From an uncultured delta proteobacterium (lineage in GTDB: Bacteria > Myxococcota > Myxococcia > Myxococcales > Myxococcaceae): a stretch of 64,000 nucleotides of DNA. The notes below the pieces were generated by a model. The model saw nothing but the letters and a program-made list of their open reading frames with translations. It was not told the origin of the DNA and did no database searches. The stretch covers positions 192,001 to 256,000 of the forward strand of contig CAWCKH010000003.1 of NCBI GenBank assembly GCA_963796055.1, written 5' to 3'. A program made the position numbers and the translations under genes. This document shows, piece by piece, positions 1 to 12,029 of the stretch; within the stretch, counting starts at the first letter, position 1; each line of letters opens with the position of its first letter.

Positions 1-2119
1 GGACGTCGACGCATCCGTCGCCGCCCACGGGGGGCAGCAACGCCTCCTGCTCCACCGCCAGCATCCTGCCCTCGGGGTCGAGCGCGTCACGGAGTGCCCG
101 CCATCGCCCATAGCCCGGGTGCTGCGCGCGCACCTCGTCGCCCGTCCAGCCAGGGCTCTGCATCCCGAAGTGCATGGCGAAGCCGGCGCCGCCCAGGGCC
201 CGGGCCAGGGCGTCCTTGTAGTGGCGCATCATCGGCTCCATGTGCGCCGGCGCTCCCACGAAGAGGCACTCGAATGCGGCGAAGTCCTCCACCGGACCGA
301 GAAGTGCCGTACCCCCCCGGACGAAGCGGATGTTCGTGGGCCCGGTCTGGAAGGTCCGCGTCCGGGCGCTCCACCGCCGGGCCGCATCGACCAGTGCCCC
401 CATCGCGAGCAGGAAGCGGTCCTCGCGCAGGGGGACGAAGAACTCGCCGAAGCGCACCCGGACCCCGGCGGTCCCATCGCCGCAATGGAAGACGTTGTAG
501 CAGCGGTTGACGAAGCGACTGCTCCCCCGTACCGACCAGTCCACGACCCCGGGCACGCTCCGCAGCCGCAGCGCCGGAAGGAGCGCCGGGAGCCGGGAGA
601 GCACCCAGGGCGCCGCGGCGATGAGCGCGCGCCAGAGCACCGGACGCCGCACGAAGCGGGAATCGCGAGCGAAGGCCTTCGCCGGGACGCGCTCCACGCG
701 GAGCCCGAGGTCGGAGGGCTCGGAGGCCAGCGCCACCCGGTGGGTGGTGCAGACCTGCGCCCGTCCGGTGTGCGGGTTGAAGAGCACGCTCATCGCGTAG
801 GCCCGGTGAGGGTGGCCGGAGAAATTCGCGCCGCTTGGAGCGCTCGCCCAGCTCGGGACCGAGGGAACCTCCAGCAGGTGGTACAGGTTGCCTCCGGCCA
901 GGACCTGCGCCACCTCGGTGAGGTTGCTCTCGGTGGTCCGCTCCTCCAGGTAGAACCGCGGGACCGCCTCCAGCACCAGCGCGTGGATGACCCCGAAGGC
1001 CCCGAGGTTGACGATCGCCGCCCGGAACAGGTCGTCGTCCTGGACCAGGCGGAGCCCAGGTTCCTCGTGCCCGAGCAGAGCGGGATCGGTGATGCCCGGC
1101 ACCGGCTCGACGCGAAGGGGCTCGCCGTCGGCGAGCACCAGGTCGAGGCTGCGCACGGCCGCGGCCATCGTTCCCTGGCCGAGCACCGTCCCGTGGGTCC
1201 CGGTGCTGATCGCCCCGCCCATCGTCTGGCCGTCGTAGCCACCGATGACCGGCAACGCCCACCCTGCCTCCCAGAGCCGGGCGTTCAGCTCGCGCAGCAG
1301 CACGCCCGACCCGACCCGGAACAGGGCCTCACGTCCGGGGAGGTCCGGCCGGAGCGTGTCCCGGCTGCTGCCTGGAGACGGCATCGGGTCGAGGAACCGG
1401 AGCCCTTCCGGATGCACGTAGACCCCCTGGGTGCGGCCCGCGCCGTACGAGTGGCGGCCACCGCCGGCCTTCATGCGGGTTCCGGGCGGAAGCGCCTCGT
1501 GGATCCAGCGGAGCAGCGCGCAGAGGTCTTCGCGCCCGGGACCGGGGCGGACACCGAGCCCCGGGCACCACCGAACGTCGCCGTTGAAGCTGGCGAGTCG
1601 CTCGCCCGGAGTCGGCCGGCCGCTTTCGCCCCGCGCGCGCCAGTGCGCCTGCGCAGCTTCGAGACCGAGGAGCGGCTCGAGCGGGTCCGAGGTGTCGCGG
1701 TATGCGCGGTCCAGCCCGAGGAGGAGCCGGACCGACGAGTCCGGATCCGAGAGATCGAACGGGGCCACCGGGAGCGGGCGTCCATCGGACTGCCCGTGGA
1801 GCGCGTTGCGCAGCGCCCAGACCGCGTGGGCGACGACATCGACCAGGTTCTTCACCACCATCAGGGGACAGGCGAGCAGCTCGAGGATGTCCTGGAGCAG
1901 ACCCACCAGCAGCGCGACCGCCGCCGTCGCCGCCCCGTCACGACGAGCCAGCAGCGGAAGCAGCACCATGCGGTCCGGCAGCAGGTGCAGGACGTCCTCG
2001 GCGATCGCCCGGAGGTTCTGGACGATGGATGCGCGGTGGTGAATGCCGCCGTCGGTGTTGGCCACCGACTCCGGATCGAACCTGCGCCATCCGTTTCCGT
2101 CCTGGTTGGGCCGCTGCAC
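1..2119 (-). CDS. FAD-binding oxidoreductase, D-arabinono-1,4-lactone oxidase (ALO)-like, with N-terminal extension; runs off window edge (absent from ORF track)
   Basis: Manual translation of the minus frame antisense to ORF 119..2245 gives the FAD motif RMKAGGGRHSYG (~1474-1443) and the ALO-like C-terminus MHFGMQ...HPGYGRWRALRDALDPEGRML. Probable GTG start at 2119; no stop seen before position 1. Confidence 0.75.
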   Translation of the reverse strand, partial: MQRPNQDGNGWRRFDPESVANTDGGIHHRASIVQNLRAIAEDVLHLLPDRMVLLPLLARRDGAATAAVALLVGLLQDILELLACPLMVVKNLVDVVAHAVWALRNALHGQSDGRPLPVAPFDLSDPDSSVRLLLGLDRAYRDTSDPLEPLLGLEAAQAHWRARGESGRPTPGERLASFNGDVRWCPGLGVRPGPGREDLCALLRWIHEALPPGTRMKAGGGRHSYGAGRTQGVYVHPEGLRFLDPMPSPGSSRDTLRPDLPGREALFRVGSGVLLRELNARLWEAGWALPVIGGYDGQTMGGAISTGTHGTVLGQGTMAAAVRSLDLVLADGEPLRVEPVPGITDPALLGHEEPGLRLVQDDDLFRAAIVNLGAFGVIHALVLEAVPRFYLEERTTESNLTEVAQVLAGGNLYHLLEVPSVPSWASAPSGANFSGHPHRAYAMSVLFNPHTGRAQVCTTHRVALASEPSDLGLRVERVPAKAFARDSRFVRRPVLWRALIAAAPWVLSRLPALLPALRLRSVPGVVDWSVRGSSRFVNRCYNVFHCGDGTAGVRVRFGEFFVPLREDRFLLAMGALVDAARRWSARTRTFQTGPTNIRFVRGGTALLGPVEDFAAFECLFVGAPAHMEPMMRHYKDALARALGGAGFAMHFGMQSPGWTGDEVRAQHPGYGRWRALRDALDPEGRMLAVEQEALLPPVGGDGCVDV

Positions 2120-2241
2120 GGCACCACCCCGAGCACCGGATGTGCCAGCAGGCGGTCCGTGGGATTGCAGGCGCTAGGGAGAGATCAGAGCTGCGCGCGG
2201 TGTGCAGGACCGGAGCGGGTCCGTGCAACGCGCTTCACGAT

Positions 2242-2631
2242 CTAGCCGTCGGGGTGGTGGCTGAGCGCGACCCGGTTCCCCTCGGGGTCGCGGACGTAGA
2301 GGGTCCACCGGGTCTCGTGCACCAGCGGGACCCCGCGGCGCTCGAGCTCGGCGCGGATGCGCTCCCGGTCGGCGCGGGCAATCCGCAGCGCGACCAGGAA
2401 CAGCCCCGGACGGCCGTCGCGGTAGCCCGGGTCGGGCGACGGCGCCGTCTCCACCCGCTCCAGGGCGAGGAACCCTCCCCCACCCACGTCGAGCCAGATG
2501 CTCCTCAAGCCCCCGTCGGCGGCGTGGTGCCGCTCGATCTCGGCCAGACCGAGCACCTCCCGGTAGAACCCGGCCACGTCCTCCAGGGCCTTCACCTGGA
2601 TGGCGAGGTGGTGAAAGCCCTGCACCCTCAT
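2242..2631 (-). CDS. VOC/glyoxalase family protein
   Basis: MRVQGFHHLAIQV...FYREVLGL...LYVRDPEGNRVAL; ATG overlaps the upstream stop (ATGA). Confidence 0.88.
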   Translation of the reverse strand: MRVQGFHHLAIQVKALEDVAGFYREVLGLAEIERHHAADGGLRSIWLDVGGGGFLALERVETAPSPDPGYRDGRPGLFLVALRIARADRERIRAELERRGVPLVHETRWTLYVRDPEGNRVALSHHPDG

Positions 2632-3584
2632 CCCGGCGCTCCGGGGTTCCAGGGCGCCATCGGACCCACCGGCCGGGCGTCCACCACCTCCGGGCCCACC
2701 AGGGTCGCGCGGGGGACGGGCGTGGGCGGCACCGGGACGGGCGGCGGAGGCGACAGCGCCCCTTCCCGGTCGAGCACCAGCGCCGCGAGGGCGTCGAGGC
2801 GGATGAGCGTGGCGAGCGCCTCCACCAGCGCGACCAGCAACACGGCGATGCCCGCGGCAGCCGCGGCGGCCACCCCGGGCCCGGGCGCTCCGGCGGCGAG
2901 GACCTGGACGCCGCCGGCGAGCAGACCGGCCGGGACGGCGCTGATCAGCCAGGCGAGAATCAGGAACCCGGGACGGGCCAGCAAGGTCCGCAGCGCCTCC
3001 CCGGCGGCGACGGTGAAGCGCACCGGGCGCACCACCGAGACTACCAGTCCGAGCTCGAGCCAGAGGGCCGCCGCCGGACCGAGGAAGGCGCCCAGGCTGA
3101 GGACCAGGGCCACTCCGACGGCACCGAGCGCCGACACCGCGGGGCCTCCGAGCACCAGCGCCAGCCCGCTGGCCACGAGCACGCACCAGAACCAGGTGCT
3201 CAGCAGGGTGTCGACGATGGCCGCGGCGGCCGCCCAGACGATGCCCCGAAGGCCGGCGGTCGCAGGCGCGACGCCGTCGGGGATGGACCCGCGCCGCAGG
3301 CCGGCCGCCCCATCGCGGACGGCGAGGGCGAGCACCACCGCCCGGCCGAGCGACGCCGCGAGGAGGAGACCCGCCCCCCCGAGCAGCAAGGTCTCCTCGA
3401 GCCGGAGGGCAGGATCGGCGAGGAAGAGCGCGGGCCACAGCACCCGCTGGACCACCTGGGCCATGGCCAGCACCCCGGCGAGCGCCAGGAGCGGCAACAG
3501 GGAAGATACCGCGGCGCGTGCGCCGAGCCGGAGAAGCCACCCGGCGCGCGCGGGCGGGGGCGTGGCGGCGGCCGCCGAGCTCAT
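2628..3584 (-). CDS. Hypothetical integral membrane protein
   Basis: Multiple hydrophobic segments after MSSAAAATPP; ATGA coupling to the mlaD stop and to the VOC start. Confidence 0.7.
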   Translation of the reverse strand: MSSAAAATPPPARAGWLLRLGARAAVSSLLPLLALAGVLAMAQVVQRVLWPALFLADPALRLEETLLLGGAGLLLAASLGRAVVLALAVRDGAAGLRRGSIPDGVAPATAGLRGIVWAAAAAIVDTLLSTWFWCVLVASGLALVLGGPAVSALGAVGVALVLSLGAFLGPAAALWLELGLVVSVVRPVRFTVAAGEALRTLLARPGFLILAWLISAVPAGLLAGGVQVLAAGAPGPGVAAAAAAGIAVLLVALVEALATLIRLDALAALVLDREGALSPPPPVPVPPTPVPRATLVGPEVVDARPVGPMAPWNPGAPG

Positions 3585-4780
3585 CGGGTCGCCGCGTCGG
3601 TCCGGGGCGGAGCCGATCCCGGCGCGGCCGCGCCCGTGCTCGGGGACTTGCCGTCGGTGGGGCGCCCGGACTGCTCCAGCCCCCCCTTGTTGCTCACCGT
3701 GATCCGCACCAGCTCCTGGAGCACCTTGTTCCGCTTCACGTTTCCCAGCACGGTCCGCAGGTCGTCGTACACGCTGGGATCCACCACCAGCGCGCCCAGC
3801 GTCCCCTCCCCGGCGCGGATCTTCCCGGTGATGACCCGGAGGTCCTCGGACATCGCCCCCAGGTTCTCGAAGAGGTTCCGGGCGTCGCCGTAGACCAGCT
3901 GGTGGACCGCCCCGTTCTCGGTGGTGCGCGCGTCGTGGAGCAGGGTGGCAATCTCCCCGGCAGCGTCGCCGAGCTGGCCCACCGCCTTTCCCCCCTTCGG
4001 GTCGTAGAGGAGCGCGTGGAGCGCACCGTCGCCGGTGCGCGCGCCCTCGAGCACCAGCGAGATCTGCTCCAGGGCCCGCTCGGCCTGGGTGGAGACGGCC
4101 GCCGCCTTCACCAGGAGGCGATGGACCTCGTCGGCGCCCTTCGCATCGTAGACCAGCGCGTGGAGCGCGCCGTTCCCCCGCTCGATGGTCCCGAGGATGT
4201 TCCGGGTGCTGGTGATGATGCCGACGAGGTTCTTGGATACCTCGGGATCGCCGAAGGCGTCGGTGAGCTTGCGCACGCTCTCGCTGCTGGCCACCAGGTT
4301 GTCCATCAGCGCCCCGCCGTGCTTGAGCAGCGAGGCCAGATCGCCGGACGAGCCGCTGGGGATGGCGCCGTTGGGCGGGATCGGGTCCCCCTCGGAGGTG
4401 CCGAGCGAGATGTCGATCGCCTTGTCGCCGAGCACCCCCCGGCCCCCCACCCGCGCCACGCAGTCGGTGCGGACGCGGGGAGCGAAGGTCTTGGACATCT
4501 CGAGGACCACGTCGATCTTCTTGTCCCCCAGGTCCGGGGAGAAGGAGATGGACACCACCCGGCCCACCTCCAGGCCGCCGAGCCACACCGGCGAGTCGCG
4601 CTTGAGGCCCTCCACGTTCTCGAAGAAGGCGTGGTAGCGGACCTGCCGCTCGAAGAGGCGGTTCTCCTTGCCGATCAGGAGGATCACCAGGCCGAAGAGG
4701 ACCAGGGCCAGCCCCACGAACAGACCCGCCCGGACGACGAGCCTTCGTTCGCGCTGGGTGGCTGTCTCGGTGCTCACCAT
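3581..4780 (-). CDS. mlaD: MCE/MlaD family protein with long helical C-terminal region
   Basis: N-terminal TM helix, then F.NVEGLKRDSPVWLGGLEVGRV MCE motif and GVLGDKAIDI; repeated G.GALHALLYD helices. Confidence 0.88.
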   Translation of the reverse strand: MVSTETATQRERRLVVRAGLFVGLALVLFGLVILLIGKENRLFERQVRYHAFFENVEGLKRDSPVWLGGLEVGRVVSISFSPDLGDKKIDVVLEMSKTFAPRVRTDCVARVGGRGVLGDKAIDISLGTSEGDPIPPNGAIPSGSSGDLASLLKHGGALMDNLVASSESVRKLTDAFGDPEVSKNLVGIITSTRNILGTIERGNGALHALVYDAKGADEVHRLLVKAAAVSTQAERALEQISLVLEGARTGDGALHALLYDPKGGKAVGQLGDAAGEIATLLHDARTTENGAVHQLVYGDARNLFENLGAMSEDLRVITGKIRAGEGTLGALVVDPSVYDDLRTVLGNVKRNKVLQELVRITVSNKGGLEQSGRPTDGKSPSTGAAAPGSAPPRTDAATR

Positions 4781-4785
4781 CGGGG

Positions 4786-5571
4786 TCAGTCCGGTCGCGC
4801 CTCGCCCTTGCGGGCGTCGAGGAAGGCCCGGACCTCCTTGGCGGTGCTGGCCCTCATCTCGGCCACGGTGCCCACCTGCACGATGTGCCGGTTGGCGAGC
4901 AGCGCGACGCGGTCCGACACCGTGAACGCGCTCTGCATGTCGTGGGTGACGACGATGGAGGTGCAGTGCAGCTTGGCCCGCATGCTCCGGATCAGCTCGT
5001 CGATGGTACGGGTGCTGATCGGGTCCAGACCGGTGGTGGGCTCGTCCCAGAGGATGACCTCCGGCTGGGTGGCGATCGCCCGCGCCAGGCCCACCCGGCG
5101 CCGCATGCCGCCCGAGAGGTCCGAGGGCCGCATGGCCTCGATGCCCGGCAGGTTCACCAGGGCCAGCACCCGCGCCACCCGGGACGCCCGCTCCTCTTCG
5201 GGCATGTCCGGGAAGTGCTCCTTGAGCGGGTACTCGATGTTCTCCCCGACCGAGATGCTGTCGAAGAGAGCGGAGGCCTGGAACACGAAGCCCACCCGGC
5301 GGCGGATGGGGAGGAACTCCTGCTCGCCATAGCCCGAGAGGTCCTGCCCGTCGAAGAGGATCCGGCCGCCGTCGGGGTCCATCAGCCCGATGAGGCACTT
5401 GAGGAGCACGCTCTTGCCGACGCCCGAGCCGCCGATGACGGCGAGGGTCTCGCCCTTGCGCACCTCGAGCGACAGGTCGTCGAACACGACCTTGGGGCCG
5501 AAGGCCTTGTGGAGCCCCTCGAAGCGGATGAGCGCCTCGGACGAAGCGGGCGTGGGGAGGGGGGCGGTCAC
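4786..5571 (-). CDS. mlaF: MlaF-type ABC transporter ATP-binding protein
   Basis: Walker A GGSGVGKS, LSGGMRRR signature, DEPTTGLDP, VTHD. Confidence 0.92.
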   Translation of the reverse strand: MTAPLPTPASSEALIRFEGLHKAFGPKVVFDDLSLEVRKGETLAVIGGSGVGKSVLLKCLIGLMDPDGGRILFDGQDLSGYGEQEFLPIRRRVGFVFQASALFDSISVGENIEYPLKEHFPDMPEEERASRVARVLALVNLPGIEAMRPSDLSGGMRRRVGLARAIATQPEVILWDEPTTGLDPISTRTIDELIRSMRAKLHCTSIVVTHDMQSAFTVSDRVALLANRHIVQVGTVAEMRASTAKEVRAFLDARKGEARPD

Positions 5572-6419
5572 GTGATGGTGAGGAGAAGCTTGGTCAGGAA
5601 GAAATCGGCGAGCAAGACGGCGACCGAGGCGACGGCCACAGTCTGGGTGGTGGCTCGCCCTACCCCCTCGGTCCCACCCTGGACGTGGAAGCCCTTGTAG
5701 CAGCCCACCACCGCGATGATCAGGCCGAAGACCACGGATTTGCCCACGCCGGAGAGGAAGTCGCTCTCGTCCACGGTCTCCAGCGCCGAGGAGAAGAACT
5801 GGGCGAAGGAGATGTCGTACTCGAACTTGGTCACCGCGGCCCCGGCGATGAAGCCGGTGACGTCGGCGAGCACGGTGAGCATCGGCATCACCACCAGGCA
5901 GGCGTAGACCCGGGGAACGACCAGCTTCTTGATCGGATCGGCCCCCAGGGCGCGCACCGCGTCCACCTGCTCGGTGACGGTCATCGAGCCGAGCTCGGCG
6001 GCGATGCCGCTGCCGATCCGCGCTCCCACGGTGAGCGCGGTCAGCACCGGGGCGAGCTCGCGGAAGAGCGTGAGCACCACCACCTTCCCCACGGTGTGCT
6101 GCACGCCGAAGCGGGCGAGGAAGAAGCCGAACTGGATGGCGATGACCAGCCCGGCGAAGGCGGCGGTCAAGGTACCGATGGCGACCGAGCGGGCCCCGAG
6201 CGACTCCACCTGGTACACCACCGCTGCGAGGCTGGAGGGCGGCTGAAGACCGCGGGCCAGCGCCCGGGCGCCGAGGACGAACATTCCGCCCATCTGCTCC
6301 ATCCCGGCGCGAACCTTGGCAGTGAAGGGGATGAGGCTCTCCAGCTCCTGGCCCACGATGGACCCGAGCGACTCGCGGTCGGATTCCTCGGAGCTGTACT
6401 CGTCGTCGGGGGCGGTCAC
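5568..6419 (-). CDS. mlaE: MlaE-type ABC transporter permease
   Basis: RELAPVLTAL, GSGIAAELGSMTVTEQVDAVRALGADPI, GGTEGVGRATT. Confidence 0.93.
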   Translation of the reverse strand: MTAPDDEYSSEESDRESLGSIVGQELESLIPFTAKVRAGMEQMGGMFVLGARALARGLQPPSSLAAVVYQVESLGARSVAIGTLTAAFAGLVIAIQFGFFLARFGVQHTVGKVVVLTLFRELAPVLTALTVGARIGSGIAAELGSMTVTEQVDAVRALGADPIKKLVVPRVYACLVVMPMLTVLADVTGFIAGAAVTKFEYDISFAQFFSSALETVDESDFLSGVGKSVVFGLIIAVVGCYKGFHVQGGTEGVGRATTQTVAVASVAVLLADFFLTKLLLTIT

Positions 6420-6922
6420 TTCACGCGCTCCGTGGCGAAGCCCTGCACCAGCCTGGCGAGCGCCTGGGCCTGGTCGTCGTAGGCGCCGAGCGGGCTGGTG
6501 TAGGTGAAGTCGTAGATGCAGCCATCCTTCTTCAGGGTCCAGAGCCCCAGCTCCACCGCGACGCCGTCGAGCTTCGCCCGCCAGCGCGAGAAGAGCGCCG
6601 CCCGTCCGTCCACCATCTCCTCACGCTCCTCGACCCGCTCGGCCTGGGTGAAGCCCACCAGCTGCTGCCGGCGCAGCGCCGTGAGCGGGGCCTCCTTGTA
6701 GTCGTGGCACATCGAGCTGACCGACAGCGTGTGTGCGCTGGAGTCTCGCACCCAGGCCACGTCCACGTCGCCCAGCGACACGCGGCGCCAGTCCGGGCCG
6801 GGGTCGCCGAAGCGGTAGCGGGTCCGTTCGGTGATGACCTCGTCCTGCCGGACCTTCACTCCCGAGCAGGCCGCGAGGGCGAGGGCGCCGAGCAGCAGAG
6901 CAGCCACGAAACGGGGGGGCAC
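6416..6922 (-). CDS. Hypothetical lipoprotein, first gene of the mla operon
   Basis: Lipobox LALAAC after GTG 6922; stop overlaps the mlaE start (GTGA). Confidence 0.7.
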   Translation of the reverse strand: MPPRFVAALLLGALALAACSGVKVRQDEVITERTRYRFGDPGPDWRRVSLGDVDVAWVRDSSAHTLSVSSMCHDYKEAPLTALRRQQLVGFTQAERVEEREEMVDGRAALFSRWRAKLDGVAVELGLWTLKKDGCIYDFTYTSPLGAYDDQAQALARLVQGFATERVK

Positions 6923-6996
6923 GGGTGAATCGAGACCTTCCCACAGCCATGCCGCCGAGTTGCACTCCTTTCCGGCCGAGCGCGAAAGTGTTGACT

Positions 6997-7013
6997 CTGC
7001 ACGCCCGTTCAGG
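6997..7013 (+). promoter_or_regulatory. Myxococcus-type LexA (SOS) box inside the lexA promoter
   Basis: CTGCACGCCCGTTCAGG fits the M. xanthus consensus CTRHAMRYBYGTTCAGS at every position; directly follows a -35-like TTGACT (6991-6996). Confidence 0.85.
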
Positions 7014-7055
7014 CAGGGTTGAACTCGCTTGGAGAGCGTCCGGCGGAGGGCAACG

Positions 7056-7709
7056 ATGGAAGAGCTGACGGGCAGACAGCGCGAGATCCTGCACTTCATC
7101 GTCCGGCAGACCGAGGAGCGCGGGTTCCCTCCGACCATCCGGGAGATCGGAGAGGAGATGGACATCCGCTCCACCAACGGGGTGAACGACCACCTCAAGG
7201 CCCTGGAGCGCAAGGGCTACCTTCTCCGGGGCGAGCAGCAGTCACGGGCGCTGGTGCCCACCAAGCGGGCTCGCCTGGTGCTGGGCATGGGCGCGCCGCG
7301 GCGGGACTCGGGGATGATCGAGGTCCCGCTGCTCGGCAAGGTGGCGGCCGGTGCGCCCCTGCTCGCGGTGGAGAACGTGGAGGACTCGGTCCGGATCGAC
7401 AGTTTCCTGCTCGGGGGGAACGGCAAGGAAGTGTTCGCGCTCCGGGTGAAGGGCGACTCGATGGTGGACGACGGCATCCACGACGGGGACTACCTCTTCG
7501 TGCGCAAGACGCCGACCGCGCGCGAGGGGGAGATCGTGGTGGCGCTCATCGAGGACGAGGCCACCTGCAAGCGCTACTACCCCGAGGGCGACCGGATCCG
7601 GTTCCAGCCGGCGAACAAGACCATGGCGCCGATCTACGTCCACAAGACCCAGTTCCGCTCGACGATGATCCTCGGGCAGGTGGTGGGCGTGTACCGCAAG
7701 GTGCACTGA
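7056..7709 (+). CDS. lexA: SOS repressor LexA
   Basis: [29 protein letters not shown], cleavage site VAAG.P, catalytic GDSM and TCKR; GGAGGG RBS. Confidence 0.96.
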   Translation: MEELTGRQREILHFIVRQTEERGFPPTIREIGEEMDIRSTNGVNDHLKALERKGYLLRGEQQSRALVPTKRARLVLGMGAPRRDSGMIEVPLLGKVAAGAPLLAVENVEDSVRIDSFLLGGNGKEVFALRVKGDSMVDDGIHDGDYLFVRKTPTAREGEIVVALIEDEATCKRYYPEGDRIRFQPANKTMAPIYVHKTQFRSTMILGQVVGVYRKVH

Positions 7710-7748
7710 GGGGGAACGCCGCGCCGGAGGCGCGCTGCCCCGGGCTCC

Positions 7749-7970
7749 TCACAGCCAGCGGCGGGGAGGCGTGGCGCGGCGCCGCGCGAAATCCCCGAAG
7801 AGCGACTCGACCCGTTCGCGTGGCGACCCGCCCTGCCCCGTGTCCAGCGAGAGCGGTCGCTCCTGGACGAAGACCTCACGGTCGGCCTCGAGCACGGTGA
7901 AGGCGGCGTGCTCCCACGCGTAGAGGGCGCCGGACTCGACTCTCGTCGAGGGCGGCGGCTGACTTCGCAC
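7749..7970 (-). CDS. Small hypothetical protein
   Basis: 73-aa ORF with ordinary composition filling the gap between nlpD-like and lexA. Confidence 0.4.
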   Translation of the reverse strand: MRSQPPPSTRVESGALYAWEHAAFTVLEADREVFVQERPLSLDTGQGGSPRERVESLFGDFARRRATPPRRWL

Positions 7971-8002
7971 CGAGCGGATTGCCTCACCTGGACCGGGGCC
8001 GC

Positions 8003-9109
8003 TCAGGACGCCGGCGGCGGACCGAGGAAGTCGAGCGGGTCCACCGGGGCGCCGTCCTGGCGCACCTCGAAATGAAGGTGGGGACCACTGGTCTTCCCGG
8101 ACTCGCCCACCGTGGCGATGACCTGCCCTTCGCGCACCGGCTGGCCGGTCCGCACCCGGAGGTCGCGGTTGTGCGCGTAGACCGTCACCAGGCCGTGCGC
8201 GTGCTCGATGATCACCAAGAGTCCGTAGCCCTGCTGCGGACCGGCGAAGAGCACTGAGCCCTCGGCTGCGGTGCGCACCGGCGTGCCCGCCGGGGCGGCC
8301 AGGTCGATGCCGTCGTGCGGCGACCTCCCCTTCCGGCCGAAGCGTGCGTAGAGCACGCCCCGGAGTGGCCAGCGGAGCTGCCCCGAGCTGGGCCGGAGGG
8401 CCCCCACGGGCGGCTTCCCCACCTGCGCCGTCGAGGGGAGCGCGCCAAGCACGCTGGACTCGACGCGGCCCGGCCCATGCGGATCCCTCCGGGCCGCCGG
8501 CGCCGTCCGCTCCGCTGCTGGGTCGGCACGCGATGCAGGGGCGAGTGTCCGCGGCGGCCGCCCCGCGGCATCGAAGGCGGCCGCCAGGGCCGGCGGAAGC
8601 ACGGGCGCGCCCTCCTCCTCGGGCGAGGCACGCGCCGGCGAAGGCTGCTCCGGAGCGGCAGTGACTGGCGGGGCCTTCCCCACCGGGGCAGGCACGACGA
8701 GCACCTGGCCCACCACCAGGGGGGCCGAGACCGAGATGCCGTTCATCTTCGCGAGCGCCCCGGGGGTGATGCCCAGTCCGCGGGCGATCCGGTACAGCGT
8801 CTCGCTCTGGGCGACGCGGTGCGTGCCCGGCGCTGGCTCCGGCGCGGGCGCCGCCACCGGCCGCTCGTCCACCAGGTCCGGCTCGGCGTGCGCCGGTGCG
8901 AGCACGATCTGTGGTCCATCGGGGGTCATCCGGCGCGGCGCAGGGAGGTCATCCGTCCGGAGCGCGGTTCGCCTCCCGGGGCGCTCGCCGCTCACCGGCG
9001 TGCCGCACCCCGGAGCGAGCGCGGCCAGGAGCCCGGCCACGCAGAGCACACCCGTGCCGCGCCGCCGAGCGGCCGCGGCCTCGAGGGTCCGGGTCGCAAC
9101 CCGATGCAC
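8003..9109 (-). CDS. LysM + M23 peptidase-domain lipoprotein (NlpD-like); start uncertain
   Basis: Lipobox-like LAPGC, LysM HRVAQSETLYRIA, M23 motifs HDGID, YAHN and HLHFEVR; lies downstream of surE. Confidence 0.85.
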   Translation of the reverse strand: MHRVATRTLEAAAARRRGTGVLCVAGLLAALAPGCGTPVSGERPGRRTALRTDDLPAPRRMTPDGPQIVLAPAHAEPDLVDERPVAAPAPEPAPGTHRVAQSETLYRIARGLGITPGALAKMNGISVSAPLVVGQVLVVPAPVGKAPPVTAAPEQPSPARASPEEEGAPVLPPALAAAFDAAGRPPRTLAPASRADPAAERTAPAARRDPHGPGRVESSVLGALPSTAQVGKPPVGALRPSSGQLRWPLRGVLYARFGRKGRSPHDGIDLAAPAGTPVRTAAEGSVLFAGPQQGYGLLVIIEHAHGLVTVYAHNRDLRVRTGQPVREGQVIATVGESGKTSGPHLHFEVRQDGAPVDPLDFLGPPPAS

Positions 9110-9158
9110 CAGGGAACACGCCTCCAGCGGACAGGTGTACCCCGGAACCCGGGGCGCA

Positions 9159-9932
9159 TCAGATTTTCGCCGGCCCGCGGCGCTCGAAGCCATCCATCGG
9201 CCAGCGCACCAGCTCCTCCATGGCCTTGAGATCTGTCATGTCGAGCAGGACGGGGGTGACGGAGATGAGCTGCTCGTCGAGCACCGCGTTGCAATCGCTC
9301 CCGGGCAGGTCCTCGTGCGAGTACTCCGTCCCACCGATCCAGTAGTACCTGCGGCCCCGCGGGTCGGTGTTCTCCACCACCTGGTTCCCGTAACTGTGCC
9401 TGCCGAGGCGGGTGACCGCCCAGCCCCGGGGCTCCGGCCCGGGGACGTTGACGTTCAAGAGCAACCGCGGTGGGAGCGTCTGCGAGAGCGCGGCCCGGGT
9501 GAGCGAGCGGGCGAACCGGGCGGCATGGGCGAAGTCGAGCCCGCGCCCACGGGCCACCAGGCTGAAGGCGATGGCGGGCACGCCGAGCAGGGTGGCTTCC
9601 ATCGCCGCGGCCACCGTCCCCGAGTAGACGACGTCGTCCGCCATGTTCGGGCCGTGGTTGATGCCGGAGACGGCCAGGGCCGGTGGCGCGTCCTTCATCA
9701 GATGGTGGATGGCCAGGTACGCGCAGTCGGTGGGCGTGCCGTCCACCGAGAACCACCGCTCGCGCACCTTCCGGATGCGCAGGGGCCGGGCGAGAGTGAT
9801 GGCGTGCGAGGCGGCGCTCTGCTCGTGCTCCGGCGCCACCACCCACACCTCGCCCAGCGGCTCCACCGCCTCGACCAGGGCGGCGAGGCCGGCAGACCCG
9901 ATTCCGTCGTCGTTCGAGACCAGGATCCGGAT
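9159..9932 (-). CDS. surE: 5'/3'-nucleotidase SurE (apparent ATC start codon)
   Basis: (I)RILVSNDDGI, VAPEHEQSAASH, DGTPTDC, SGINHGPN, YSGTVAAA; the conserved N-terminus lies upstream of the ORF-track start. Confidence 0.92.
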   Translation of the reverse strand: MRILVSNDDGIGSAGLAALVEAVEPLGEVWVVAPEHEQSAASHAITLARPLRIRKVRERWFSVDGTPTDCAYLAIHHLMKDAPPALAVSGINHGPNMADDVVYSGTVAAAMEATLLGVPAIAFSLVARGRGLDFAHAARFARSLTRAALSQTLPPRLLLNVNVPGPEPRGWAVTRLGRHSYGNQVVENTDPRGRRYYWIGGTEYSHEDLPGSDCNAVLDEQLISVTPVLLDMTDLKAMEELVRWPMDGFERRGPAKI

Positions 9933-9935
9933 GGC

Positions 9936-12027
<2,092 letters not shown>

Positions 12028-12029
12028 GC

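Noticed and set aside
119..2245. Long ORFs antisense or off-frame to real genes (e.g. 119..2245+, 8661..11333+, 32069..34717+, 45720..49523-, 56164..58413-, 63387..63995-)
   Set aside because: Shadow ORFs caused by high GC and codon bias; they carry no recognisable motifs and lie opposite well-supported genes.
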